Virus record (IMG/VR): IMGVR_UViG_3300028024_000012 | Span: 1-56,980 of that record | Length of the DNA: 56,980 nucleotides | Source: a virus | Taxonomy: Duplodnaviria; Caudoviricetes | Strand: one strand, 5' to 3' | Shown here: positions 16,289 through 25,408 of the stretch, one piece after another | How the letters are laid out: the number at the start of each line of letters is the position of its first letter | How positions within the stretch are numbered: position 1 is the first letter of the stretch | Translations under genes and position numbers: made by a program | Notes under the pieces: model-generated | What the model saw: only the letters and a program-made list of their open reading frames with translations | Database searches by the model: none | Told to the model about the DNA's origin: nothing

Positions 16289-18012
16289 CAGAGAACCCCC
16301 TGCCGGGACTTGCCGACCTCGACATTGCCGATCGCCGGACCCTGGGTCGCGGTCGTCGCGGTCACGCCCTGGGGCATGTTTCGGAAATCTATCACCACAT
16401 TGACCTGACCGTTTGCCGGCGTGGCGGCATTGGCCGCCGGTGCCGTCATGCCGACGCGCGGCCCCAGGGGACCCCGGCCGCCGGCGAATTGACCGGGCAT
16501 GGTGCCGACCCCGCCGGCCGCGACAGGCTGCGTGCTGCCCAGATTGTCGGTGATCCAGCCGATGGTCGATTTGAAGGTGTCGATCAATCCGCCGAAGATG
16601 CCCTTCCAGAAATCGACGATCCCCTGCCCCAGCGCCTTCAAGCCGTCGAAGACACGGGTGAAATCAAGGGTGAAGACACCGGCCAGGAACTCACCGAAGC
16701 CGACGAAGACCTTCTTCACGTCTTCCCACAGCGCCGCGAACCAGGCCTTGATCGGTTCCCAGTTGCGATAGATGACATAGGCCAGGCCGGCGATCGCCGC
16801 CACCGCTGCTGTAATACCGATCACCAGCAAGCCGACAGGGTTTGCCGCCACCATGAGGTTGAAGGCCTGCATCACGCCGTAGCCCGCCCGCAGCGCGACA
16901 ACGAAGTCGCCCAGCATCGCGACCAAAGGCGCACCGAAAACCAGATAGAACTGCGCACTCATAACGGTCAGCGCCTTGCCGACATTGAGGAAGGCAGAAA
17001 TCATCTCGATATTCATCAGGGCGACCATGGCGCCGATGGCGACCTTCCAGCCAACGGTGTTCTCGATGAAGCCGACAATGGCATCCTTGATCGCAACGAT
17101 CTGCTTGCCGATGGCTGCCCAGTCAATTGCCCGAACTTGGGTGACAATGCTCTTGATGAAGTCACCTACCTTCGTCGCAATCAACTCGCGGTTTGCGATG
17201 ATCCAGTCCGTAAACATATCGATCAGCGGTTGCAAGGCAGGGATGATCGCCGAACCGATTGAATTCTGTAGCCCACTGAACGAACGTACCAGGCGCGTGA
17301 TGGAATCGCCGAACCGCTTTGCGGCGGAAGTCGCCTTTGTGTCGAGAACGAGGCCCAGCTTTTGTGCTTCTTCCGCATTGGCCTTGAGATCTGCGCTGCC
17401 ATTTTCGAGAAATGGGATCAGTTCTTCCCCCGCCTTTCCAAAGGCCATGGTGGCTAAGGTGCTTCTGGCAATTGGGCTATGCAGCTTCTGCATCGCGTCG
17501 GCGATATCCGGCATCAACTGCTCGGTGGTCTTTAGGTGACCATCGGCATCCTTCATTGAGATACCAAGATGCTGAAAGAGAATAGGCAGATCCTTGTTCT
17601 TTCCGCGCGCCACATCCGATAAAGCACGGTTCAGCCGCTTTACTCCAGTCAGAAGAGATTCCTGCGATACATCACTTTGCTCGGCAGCATAACTCCACTC
17701 ATAGAGTGATTTGGCGGCAGCTCCGTATTTCGAAGCCGTATCTGCCATTCCTCCGCCGTACTCGATGAAATGCTTGGCGGATTCGATGATACCGGCCACT
17801 GAAAACGCCGCCGTCAGCGCGCCGAGCGGTTTCGCCACATCGGCGAAGCTCGCGCCCAGCCGCTTGACGGAGTCGCCCACGCCACCGAAAGATTGGCCAA
17901 GACCGGCCAGCGGCTTGGTCAGATTTCGGAAGCGCGCCGCAATGACCGCGACCGGGCCGGCCGTGTCGTCCTTGACGCCGATTTCGGCTTGAACCGGAAT
18001 TTTCTCGGTCAT
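16288..18012 (-). CDS. Tape measure protein (574 aa)
   Basis: Helical Ala/Gly-rich, ANPVGL...IYRNWEPIKAWF repeats; synteny. Confidence 0.88.
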   Translation of the reverse strand: MTEKIPVQAEIGVKDDTAGPVAVIAARFRNLTKPLAGLGQSFGGVGDSVKRLGASFADVAKPLGALTAAFSVAGIIESAKHFIEYGGGMADTASKYGAAAKSLYEWSYAAEQSDVSQESLLTGVKRLNRALSDVARGKNKDLPILFQHLGISMKDADGHLKTTEQLMPDIADAMQKLHSPIARSTLATMAFGKAGEELIPFLENGSADLKANAEEAQKLGLVLDTKATSAAKRFGDSITRLVRSFSGLQNSIGSAIIPALQPLIDMFTDWIIANRELIATKVGDFIKSIVTQVRAIDWAAIGKQIVAIKDAIVGFIENTVGWKVAIGAMVALMNIEMISAFLNVGKALTVMSAQFYLVFGAPLVAMLGDFVVALRAGYGVMQAFNLMVAANPVGLLVIGITAAVAAIAGLAYVIYRNWEPIKAWFAALWEDVKKVFVGFGEFLAGVFTLDFTRVFDGLKALGQGIVDFWKGIFGGLIDTFKSTIGWITDNLGSTQPVAAGGVGTMPGQFAGGRGPLGPRVGMTAPAANAATPANGQVNVVIDFRNMPQGVTATTATQGPAIGNVEVGKSRQGVL

Positions 18013-18188
18013 CGCTGCACACCCATAAAGGTTGGGGTCGGATAGGCTTCAAGGATGCGATCGGCCTGCTCAAGCCAGAACAGAATTTCGTCCAGCGTCA
18101 TGGCCCAACACTCGGATGGCTGAAAGCGGAAGAAATAGGCGATATCAGCTATGCGTTCGCGCCAGTCCGGCGGCCAAGCTGCAAAAAA
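18009..18188 (-). CDS. -1 frameshift extension of tail chaperone (P2 gpE'-like)
   Basis: Slippery TTTTTTG at 18188..18182; -1 frame reads ADIAYFFRFQPSECWAMTLDEILFWLEQA and stops on the tape measure ATGA. Confidence 0.8.
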   Translation of the reverse strand, partial: FFAAWPPDWRERIADIAYFFRFQPSECWAMTLDEILFWLEQADRILEAYPTPTFMGVQR

Positions 18189-18460
18189 TCGTCAAGCTCC
18201 ACCGCAATTTTCTCGATGTCCGCGGCGTCGATTTCCCGCACCAGTTTCGGTGTGATCGGCATGTCCGGATCGTCAGGATTGGACGCCAGCCGCTCGATCA
18301 TCTTCAGAACCTTCGCGGCATCGCCCTTGGTGTTGTCGAACGTCTCGACGTCACTGCCTTTGGCGCGGCGAAATTCCAGGCGGCTCACTTCGGTCGATCC
18401 GACTTTCAGAGGAAAATCGAAATCGACGATATGCGTGCGGGCTTTCGGTGCGTCGCTCAT
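18149..18460 (-). CDS. Tail assembly chaperone (Mu gp41 / P2 gpE-like)
   Basis: LEFRRAKGSD...IDAADI; between tube and tape measure. Confidence 0.82.
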   Translation of the reverse strand: MSDAPKARTHIVDFDFPLKVGSTEVSRLEFRRAKGSDVETFDNTKGDAAKVLKMIERLASNPDDPDMPITPKLVREIDAADIEKIAVELDDFLQLGRRTGANA

Positions 18461-18822
18461 TTCACTTCCTCACCCTTCATGCCCTCGAACTTCACCGCGA
18501 TCGTGCCTTCTGCGGCATTCAGTTCGTGGGCGTCCGCCGTCCAGGCATTGCGGAGAAGATAGGACTTGCCGTTGGCCAGTTCCGCCATGACGGTTGCATC
18601 CTCGATCGCCCGCAGCTCCGTCAGCGAGAGACCCGCCGAATCCGAGATATCGCCGCTGATGAAGGGCACGCGCTGCGTTTCCGTGAAGCCGTGCACGCCA
18701 TCCTGCCCGGCGACTCCCGCGCGTTCGAACAGATCGATGGAGACGGTGAGATTGCCCCGCAGGGCATATTGGTTGCCGTCGACGCGCAGATAGGCGACGC
18801 CGGCAATGCGATTTCCAGCCAT
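18457..18822 (-). CDS. Tail tube protein (Mu M-like)
   Basis: IAGVAYLRVDG, GQDGVHG, ELANGK.Y.L..AW, FEG. Confidence 0.9.
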   Translation of the reverse strand: MAGNRIAGVAYLRVDGNQYALRGNLTVSIDLFERAGVAGQDGVHGFTETQRVPFISGDISDSAGLSLTELRAIEDATVMAELANGKSYLLRNAWTADAHELNAAEGTIAVKFEGMKGEEVK

Positions 18823-18877
18823 TGGATTGTCCTTTCAGAGGGGGCACCGAGGCGCGGCCTAAACCGCGCCGCCGGCG

Positions 18878-20377
18878 TCAGGCTGCGGTTGCCGGGTATT
18901 GCAGCCGGAACTGCGCCAGCACGGCGAAGGTACGGAGCTGGTTGACCAGATCAGGCGGGTACAGGATGTCCAGCCGGTTGGGATCTCCTTCTGGGCGTTC
19001 CACGATCAAATTAGCCTTGAACGCATCGATGTTCTCGACCAGCCCCTGACTCTCAAGCGCCGAGTATTGCGCGATGAGTTCCGTCCTGACGATCTTCGGC
19101 GTGACGATTGCCTGGCCGGCGCCAAAGCGGGTGCCGTCATCGGCCAGCTTATGACGGCCGAATTTTGTGGTGATCGCCTGTCGCATGTAGCGCAGCACAT
19201 AAGCCAGGGTGAACAGCGTTTCAACGTCGAGATAGGACGGATCGGGCTGACCCCAGACATTCTGCTGATACGAGGTAATCGAGCGCTGAATCCGCACGGT
19301 TCCGTCGGTACCTACATAATGAGTGGCAATACCCGAGAAGAGCAGCGTTTGAGCCTCGGTCACCAGGAACCGAGACGGCAAGGGAGCCGGCAGGATGCCC
19401 ACCAGCGGCAGGCTTTGCAGCGGACGAGCCGGATCAATGCGCAAAGAGGTCGCCGCCTGGGCTGCCCAGGAAGAGGCCCATTGCCAGGTCGGCGACGGCG
19501 AGTCGTTCACCCCGATAAAGGTGGCGTGCTGGTTGTTGTTGCCGACGCCGAAAGTCTGCAGCGCCGCGACGTTCCCGCGCTTGGCCGAGAAGACATGGCC
19601 ATAGAGCTGGCGCAGGTAGGACCAGCGGCCCGTGACGTCGTCCCAGGCCGCGCGGATCGCGCCGAGGGAGGTTGCATCAGTGTAGGGAATGGCCGCGAAA
19701 TCGAATTCCTGATCGGCCAGATTGGCGAAGGCGCTGGCGAGATCGACCGTGCCGACACCGCCAGACATGGCCACGACTGCAACGGCGACGCCGGCCGGCA
19801 GAACCTCGCCCGCCGTCAGGCCGTAATAGTTCAGCCGCACATCGATATCATTGCCGATGATGCCGCCATGCCGCGCGGTCAAGGTGACGACCGCACCCAC
19901 CACCGCCGAGACGACCGGCAGGCCCGCGACGGCATTGACCGCGGCATTAATCGCCGCGGCGATCGTGGCCGCCGTGTCGGTCTGCGTCACGACGACCTCG
20001 ACGAGGCGCCCCGTGATGTAGAGCGAAATCGCGCCGGGTGCTGTCGGGGCACCAGAGACGGTAAGGGTGGCCGTCGCCTTGGTCGCGGCGGCGGGATCTG
20101 CCAGCGGCAGGCACCACACCTCACCGAAGGCATCGCTCTTACGATAGGTCGCCATCATATCGGCCAGCATCGATCCGACGCCGAACTGTGCCTTGGCCTG
20201 ATCGACCGTCGAAACCAGGATCGGGATTCCGGCGATGGCGGTGCCCGCCGCCAGCATCTGGCCGACCAGCAAGGCGCGCTGCTGCTGCACGAAATAGCCG
20301 GCCTGGCTGGCATCCACTTCCGCCCAGAAGAACGGTACGCGGATATTGGCCGGAATATTGTTGAAGGAAACGCTCAT
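18878..20377 (-). CDS. Tail sheath protein (Mu L-like)
   Basis: FNNIPANIRVP, FGVGSML, DPARPLQ, DPNRLD, PDLVNQL. Confidence 0.95.
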   Translation of the reverse strand: MSVSFNNIPANIRVPFFWAEVDASQAGYFVQQQRALLVGQMLAAGTAIAGIPILVSTVDQAKAQFGVGSMLADMMATYRKSDAFGEVWCLPLADPAAATKATATLTVSGAPTAPGAISLYITGRLVEVVVTQTDTAATIAAAINAAVNAVAGLPVVSAVVGAVVTLTARHGGIIGNDIDVRLNYYGLTAGEVLPAGVAVAVVAMSGGVGTVDLASAFANLADQEFDFAAIPYTDATSLGAIRAAWDDVTGRWSYLRQLYGHVFSAKRGNVAALQTFGVGNNNQHATFIGVNDSPSPTWQWASSWAAQAATSLRIDPARPLQSLPLVGILPAPLPSRFLVTEAQTLLFSGIATHYVGTDGTVRIQRSITSYQQNVWGQPDPSYLDVETLFTLAYVLRYMRQAITTKFGRHKLADDGTRFGAGQAIVTPKIVRTELIAQYSALESQGLVENIDAFKANLIVERPEGDPNRLDILYPPDLVNQLRTFAVLAQFRLQYPATAA

Positions 20378-20379
20378 GA

Positions 20380-20595
20380 TCAGGCCTCCGTGGGCATGGC
20401 GGGATCGGCCGTTGCGACGGGATCAGACGGCGCGGCGGGCGGTGTGGCCTCGACGACCCCGCCCTCAGCGAGGCGGCGGCGCCAATAATCGGTGAGTTCG
20501 ACCTCTCGGCCTTCCGCCGGCAGATAGGCCGCCGGGCCTTGGGACAGGCGTGCGGGATCGACCACCTGCATGCCGGGTGCCGGTTTGATGTACAT
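20380..20595 (-). CDS. DUF2635 protein (Mu gp38-like)
   Basis: KPAPG..V.DP...LPAEG...YWRRRLAEG. Confidence 0.85.
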   Translation of the reverse strand: MYIKPAPGMQVVDPARLSQGPAAYLPAEGREVELTDYWRRRLAEGGVVEATPPAAPSDPVATADPAMPTEA

Positions 20596-20626
20596 GAAGT
20601 GCTCCTATGGTCAGGGAGGCGGCCGG

Positions 20627-21202
20627 TCAGTCTTCCGGCGACAGGTTCTCGATACGCAGTTCGGCTTCGATGCGGCCATCCGGACCCGGATAGTGCAGGT
20701 TCGGATCGGCGATCGGGTCGATGACATCGACCTTGATCCGCACCGATTTCAGATCGTCAGGGACGCGCGGCTGATAGATCGCCCGCACCGTCACATCCAT
20801 CTTGATCGTGCCGATCGCGGTCCGCTTGTCGGTGAGGGCATTGGTCTGGATGGTGGTGACGACCGACTTGATGCCCTGGATCGGCCGCAACCAGGCGGAA
20901 TCCGAGAGCAGCCACTCCTTGACGGCATCGCATTTGTCGTCGAGGTCGCTAATCAGCTGCCCGTCCGACTTGCCGTCCATCGCCACTTCGATCGTCAGGT
21001 CAACCGAGGCGGTGAAATCGAGGTCCGTCATGAACGGATCCTGCCCTTCTTCGCTCGATGTCAGCGTCGAGACGGCGATCGCCGGCAGTTCGTTCCGCTC
21101 CAGCGGGGTCTCCAGTGTGTCGAAGAAATGCTTTTCCGGCACGAATTGCCCCGCCTTCAAGGCCGCGATCGTGCTCAGACGAAGGTCCCGGCGGGCGCCC
21201 AT
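20627..21202 (-). CDS. Tail completion/terminator protein
   Basis: Synteny, ELPAIAV motif. Confidence 0.6.
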   Translation of the reverse strand: MGARRDLRLSTIAALKAGQFVPEKHFFDTLETPLERNELPAIAVSTLTSSEEGQDPFMTDLDFTASVDLTIEVAMDGKSDGQLISDLDDKCDAVKEWLLSDSAWLRPIQGIKSVVTTIQTNALTDKRTAIGTIKMDVTVRAIYQPRVPDDLKSVRIKVDVIDPIADPNLHYPGPDGRIEAELRIENLSPED

Positions 21203-21522
21203 TACGCCACCACCAGGTGAACCTGAACATCACCCTCCGAATCCGGTTCGGCGGCGGTCACCTCGTAAGTGACGCATTTGACCACGACGGTATCGCCGCG
21301 GCTGGGGCGGGCCAGCCCCATCGCCGCCAGATCCGTCTGACGGAAGCCGAGAACCGGCGCCCTGCCCTGCACCACCATTTCACCGCCGCTATCCACGGCG
21401 GCGAAATCCGATTTGAAGATGGCCTTCATCGGATAGGACGGGCCATCCTTCGGCGTGAAGACGATCGGCACGGCGAAGGTTTCCTGGCATGGCCGCAGCA
21501 CAAGGGCGTCGAAATCGATCAT
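21202..21522 (-). CDS. Head-tail joining protein (FII-like)
   Basis: PSRGDTV...YEV...PDSEG pattern; synteny. Confidence 0.7.
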   Translation of the reverse strand: MIDFDALVLRPCQETFAVPIVFTPKDGPSYPMKAIFKSDFAAVDSGGEMVVQGRAPVLGFRQTDLAAMGLARPSRGDTVVVKCVTYEVTAAEPDSEGDVQVHLVVA

Positions 21523-22112
21523 GCTGCCGCCTTTTCAAATCGTTTGGCCGCCTGGCCTGACAGACTGACCTTGCCGGAGAGGACTCGGAGGCGGCGCTGC
21601 AACTGGCGGGCGACGTTGACCGGCAGCTTCTGCCGGATGAATGCTTCGATCTGCGATCGCGTCGGCTCGCGGCCGAAGGCGTGGCCGATGCTGGGTTCGA
21701 ACAGTTCCTTGATCGGCAAACGGGTGGCACCCACGCGCTTGAAGACGCCGACATGGCCGCCCGGCATCATCGCAATGAAGGTACCGCGATAGAGCTTCCG
21801 CTTGCCCCATGCCGTCGCGCTGACACCGCGCTTCGTCTGCCGGGCCTTGTACGCATAGAGAGGTATCGCCCGGCCAGATGGCCGGATGATCGCCAGCAGG
21901 TTTGATTTGGTGGCGCGGATCACCGTCATCTTGGCCCGCACATCACCAACCTTCAGGCCGAGATCCTTAGCCACCAGCCGGGTGGCGAAACTGGTCGTCT
22001 GTCGCGCCGTCTCATTCACGGCCACGACAGACGCTGCCCGCGCTTGCGCGGGCTTCAGCGCGTCGAGCGCCGCCATGAAGCGCGACGCATCAACCCTGAT
22101 GGTCGGCCTCAT
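21519..22112 (-). CDS. Minor tail protein Z-like
   Basis: Basic; FIA.M..GH.GVFKR...RLPIKEL motif. Confidence 0.8.
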   Translation of the reverse strand: MRPTIRVDASRFMAALDALKPAQARAASVVAVNETARQTTSFATRLVAKDLGLKVGDVRAKMTVIRATKSNLLAIIRPSGRAIPLYAYKARQTKRGVSATAWGKRKLYRGTFIAMMPGGHVGVFKRVGATRLPIKELFEPSIGHAFGREPTRSQIEAFIRQKLPVNVARQLQRRLRVLSGKVSLSGQAAKRFEKAAA

Positions 22113-22140
22113 GCCGTGCCCTCGCCTGACTCTGGACTGA

Positions 22141-23190
22141 TCAGCTCTTGGTCAGCCGGCGCAGCGAGCGCGGGCGGACACAGAGCGTCAGCGGGTTCGA
22201 TTGCGCCTCCACCACCGCGCGGCGGATCGTCTGACGTTCCGGCGGCATGATGGCGTGAACCGGCAAGCCCTTGGAATTGGTCTGCCCCATGATATCCGGG
22301 GGGCCAAACAGCATCTGGAAGAGACCGGGCACGCCCATGGCAAAGAGGCGCGCTTCGTCGGCACCAATGCCGACTTTGCCGTCCTTTGTGCCACGGTAGT
22401 TGACCCAGTTGATTCCGCCATATTCGAAGGATTTGAACGCCTTGTTTTCGCTGAAGACATCCGAATCCCGGCCGGTATCACGGGTCTTGCGGGCGGCCTT
22501 GACTTCCTTGTTGGAATATACTTGGTCAAAATAATTGTCGCCGCACAGGGTTACCGGCACCAGCGAGGTCACCGGCAAACCCTCCAATTCCCTCACCATA
22601 TCGCGCACGATCGCGGTGCATTCCACTTCAAAGGCCGCGCCGTCCGCGGTCAGCGCGCCGAAATTGGTATTGTGGTCCGCCAGCGCATTGATCCCGAAAA
22701 AGTCGAACCAGTTGTAGAGCACCGTGTCATCGGCATCGAGCACGATGCCTTGGATGCCGCCAAGTCGATGATACTCGTGCGTCAGTTCCAACTGAGCCCG
22801 CAGACCGAAGGGGCCATTCAGGCGGTCTTCGATCAACCCCTGTGCGGTCGCAAGCTGAGCCGTGCCATTGACCATGCCGTCGGCAAAGGCGTTCTGGACT
22901 TCGTCGGCGTTGACGTAGGCTTCCTTGACAATATGCGCCACGGTCGCCTTGCGGATATCCCGCTTTGGAATGTCGCTTTGCTGCGGCGGCGAGCCGCGTT
23001 CGCTGGTCTGGATGATCTCCAAGGCACCGTTGCGCTGCATGACGGCGATATCCGTGGTGCGAACACCGTCTACCGCATAGAGGCCAATCGACCCCAGAAG
23101 CTGCGGGCTATACGGTACATTGTTGATCTGGGTCGTGAGAGTGATCGCCGAGAAGGCATCACCTGTAAACACGTTGGGAATTTCCCACAT
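22141..23190 (-). CDS. Major capsid protein (lambda E family)
   Basis: FTGDAFS...LT..IN, THEYHRLG, EAQSNPL..C.RP. Confidence 0.9.
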   Translation of the reverse strand: MWEIPNVFTGDAFSAITLTTQINNVPYSPQLLGSIGLYAVDGVRTTDIAVMQRNGALEIIQTSERGSPPQQSDIPKRDIRKATVAHIVKEAYVNADEVQNAFADGMVNGTAQLATAQGLIEDRLNGPFGLRAQLELTHEYHRLGGIQGIVLDADDTVLYNWFDFFGINALADHNTNFGALTADGAAFEVECTAIVRDMVRELEGLPVTSLVPVTLCGDNYFDQVYSNKEVKAARKTRDTGRDSDVFSENKAFKSFEYGGINWVNYRGTKDGKVGIGADEARLFAMGVPGLFQMLFGPPDIMGQTNSKGLPVHAIMPPERQTIRRAVVEAQSNPLTLCVRPRSLRRLTKS

Positions 23191-23246
23191 ATCTGAAATC
23201 TCCTAGATGAGGGAGGTGGTGCCGAGGCGGTGACGCCGGGCGGGAC

Positions 23247-23897
23247 TTATCGAACGATGATGCTGCGCTTGGCCAGATGCACTGCGGCAGCCGCCTTGTC
23301 AGCCGGAGCCGCACCGGCAAAATATTCCAGCACGAAGTTGTTCACTTCGGCCTCGCGGGCAATGATAACAGCCGGATGATCGGCGGCACTGGCGTCCACG
23401 TTGGCGTACAGAATCGCCGTGGCGACCTGCGAACCATCGTTATTAGCGGGGTTCCATTGTTTATACTTGGCGATGCCTCCGCTCACCTTGATCGAGAAGG
23501 TGTCACCGACCGCGAAGTCAGTAGCGCCGTCCGCCAGTGTGAAGGCCAAGCCACCGCCCGCGAAGGCGACCGCAACCTTGCCGGCCCCGATCTCGACACC
23601 GTCGGGACCTTCCAACACGAAGTTGCCACCATTCGCTGCCGCAGCGACAATGGTCAGCATATAAGTCCCGTTCTTCGCAGGTCCGGTGACCGCAATCGCG
23701 CCCATCGCGCCATTACCGACGTTGCCAGCCGCAGCAACGGCAGCAGCGACACCGCCCACCAACGTCTGACCCAGAACAGATCCGGCTTTCAGATTTTGCC
23801 CGGACAGCAAGGTCACTTGCTCGCGGCTCAGCGAACCGTTGGCTTCAGATGCAAGGAATTCGGCCGTGCGACGGCCTTCGGTGATAACAGTCGGCAT
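23247..23897 (-). CDS. Head decoration protein (lambda D-like) with internal insertion
   Basis: EFLASEANGSLSRE, GSVLG, DGSQVATAILY. Confidence 0.85.
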   Translation of the reverse strand: MPTVITEGRRTAEFLASEANGSLSREQVTLLSGQNLKAGSVLGQTLVGGVAAAVAAAGNVGNGAMGAIAVTGPAKNGTYMLTIVAAAANGGNFVLEGPDGVEIGAGKVAVAFAGGGLAFTLADGATDFAVGDTFSIKVSGGIAKYKQWNPANNDGSQVATAILYANVDASAADHPAVIIAREAEVNNFVLEYFAGAAPADKAAAAVHLAKRSIIVR

Positions 23898-23956
23898 GGC
23901 TTAGCTCCTCTTTGATGCCGGGCGAGGCGATCAGTGACCGCTTCAGTTTCTGGCGG

Positions 23957-24490
23957 TTACTTACCGCGCGGGTTATTCATGCGCTCATAGATGGCGCGAG
24001 CATCGGGCCGAACCTGCCCGGTCTTTTTGCTGCCATCGGCGCCGACGGCTGGGCTGCCGAATTTCGCCATGGCGGCAGCAAGGCCACTGCCGGTTGCTGC
24101 AGCACCGCTCGGCGCCTTCTTCATGATCGCAACAGCAGACTTGACGCTGAGATTGCTGTTGAACGCCAGCTGGCAGGCAAGGCCAATGCGACCCTCGGCA
24201 GCGGGTGAGGCAAAGATACCGGCGCAGCGTTGACGCTCTTTCTTGCGAGCCGCTTTGGCGCTGGCCTCTTCCTCGCCGTCTTCCTCATCGTCGTCGTCAC
24301 CTTCGCCATCGTTGGCCTCGGTGTCGTCGCCACCTTCATCGTCGGATTCGGCGGAACCCTCGCCGCCCTCATCTTCCTCTTCGTCTTCCTGCTCGGCCGC
24401 CGCAAGCCGCTGGCTTGCATCCTGCGCAGCAAGTTCTACCGGTGCCGGCACAAGGCCGATCAAATGGCGAAAGCTGAATTTCTTCATCAT
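23957..24490 (-). CDS. Acidic putative capsid scaffolding protein
   Basis: D/E tract, ERQRCAGIFAS.AA.GR motif, between protease and decoration genes. Confidence 0.65.
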   Translation of the reverse strand: MMKKFSFRHLIGLVPAPVELAAQDASQRLAAAEQEDEEEDEGGEGSAESDDEGGDDTEANDGEGDDDDEEDGEEEASAKAARKKERQRCAGIFASPAAEGRIGLACQLAFNSNLSVKSAVAIMKKAPSGAAATGSGLAAAMAKFGSPAVGADGSKKTGQVRPDARAIYERMNNPRGK

Positions 24491-24541
24491 CGTTCTCCGT
24501 TGCATGGATGGGCAGCAGCCCAGCTTATCGACCGTCGACCG

Positions 24542-25408
24542 TCAGGCCGCGTCGCTTGATACGGCCTGCACCAGCTGAGCGAAGGCCTCGGACGGTGCCA
24601 ACATGGCATCCGCCAACCCCAATGTGATTGCCTGGGCAACGCCGGCGGGGCCGCTGTAGACGCGCGCCTCGGTTGCCAGCAGGTCTTTTGCGGTGATCTT
24701 GGTGCCGGCAGCCTGGCGGCCACGGGCGACCGTGTCGCAAAACAACTTGCGAATATCCTCGCACTCGGCTTGCCATGTGTCGCGGACGTCATCCGGCAAC
24801 GGTGTCACTGGATTTCCGTCGACCTTGTGCGCGCCCGCGTGGATATAGGTCAGCGTGATGCCGAAATCCTCGTACATCTTCGAGAAATCGGCATGCAACA
24901 TCACGACACCGACCGAGCCGATATAGCCGGTGCGCGGAACCGAAATGCTGTCCGCGACCGAGGCAATCGCATAAGCGGCGCTGCAGGCGCTTTCACTGAG
25001 GATGGCGACCACCGGTTTCTTGGCAGCCGACTTCGCTGAAGCAATCCAGTCGACCAGGTCGAAGCAACCGGAGACGGCGCCGCCGCCGCTATCGATGTCG
25101 AGCACGATCGCTTTGACGTCGGGGTCCGCAAAGGCCTGCGCGAACTGACACTGCAATGCGTCATAGCCGGTCGCAAAGCTCCAGCCCACATAGCAGAACT
25201 TGGGCAGCAATACGCCGGAAACCGCGATGATGGCGATGCCAGCATGAACGGGATACAGGCGCCGTGTGCCATCGCCGTCCGATATGGACATGGCCGCCTT
25301 AGGTACTTGTCGGCCGCCGCCACCGAGTGCCATGGCACTGGCGTAATCTGCAAGCGCCACGCGCGCCGGGGCGATCAGTGCCAATTCCATCTTCGGAGAT
25401 ATCGTCAT
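24542..25408 (-). CDS. S49 (SppA-type) prohead protease
   Basis: LDIDSGGG, ACSAAYAIAS, GSVGV, GAHKVDGNP. Confidence 0.92.
   Translation of the reverse strand: MTISPKMELALIAPARVALADYASAMALGGGGRQVPKAAMSISDGDGTRRLYPVHAGIAIIAVSGVLLPKFCYVGWSFATGYDALQCQFAQAFADPDVKAIVLDIDSGGGAVSGCFDLVDWIASAKSAAKKPVVAILSESACSAAYAIASVADSISVPRTGYIGSVGVVMLHADFSKMYEDFGITLTYIHAGAHKVDGNPVTPLPDDVRDTWQAECEDIRKLFCDTVARGRQAAGTKITAKDLLATEARVYSGPAGVAQAITLGLADAMLAPSEAFAQLVQAVSSDAA

Noticed and set aside
18899-20488. 529-aa plus-strand ORF
   Set aside because: Codon-aligned shadow of the sheath gene. It shows that long antisense ORFs arise by chance here.
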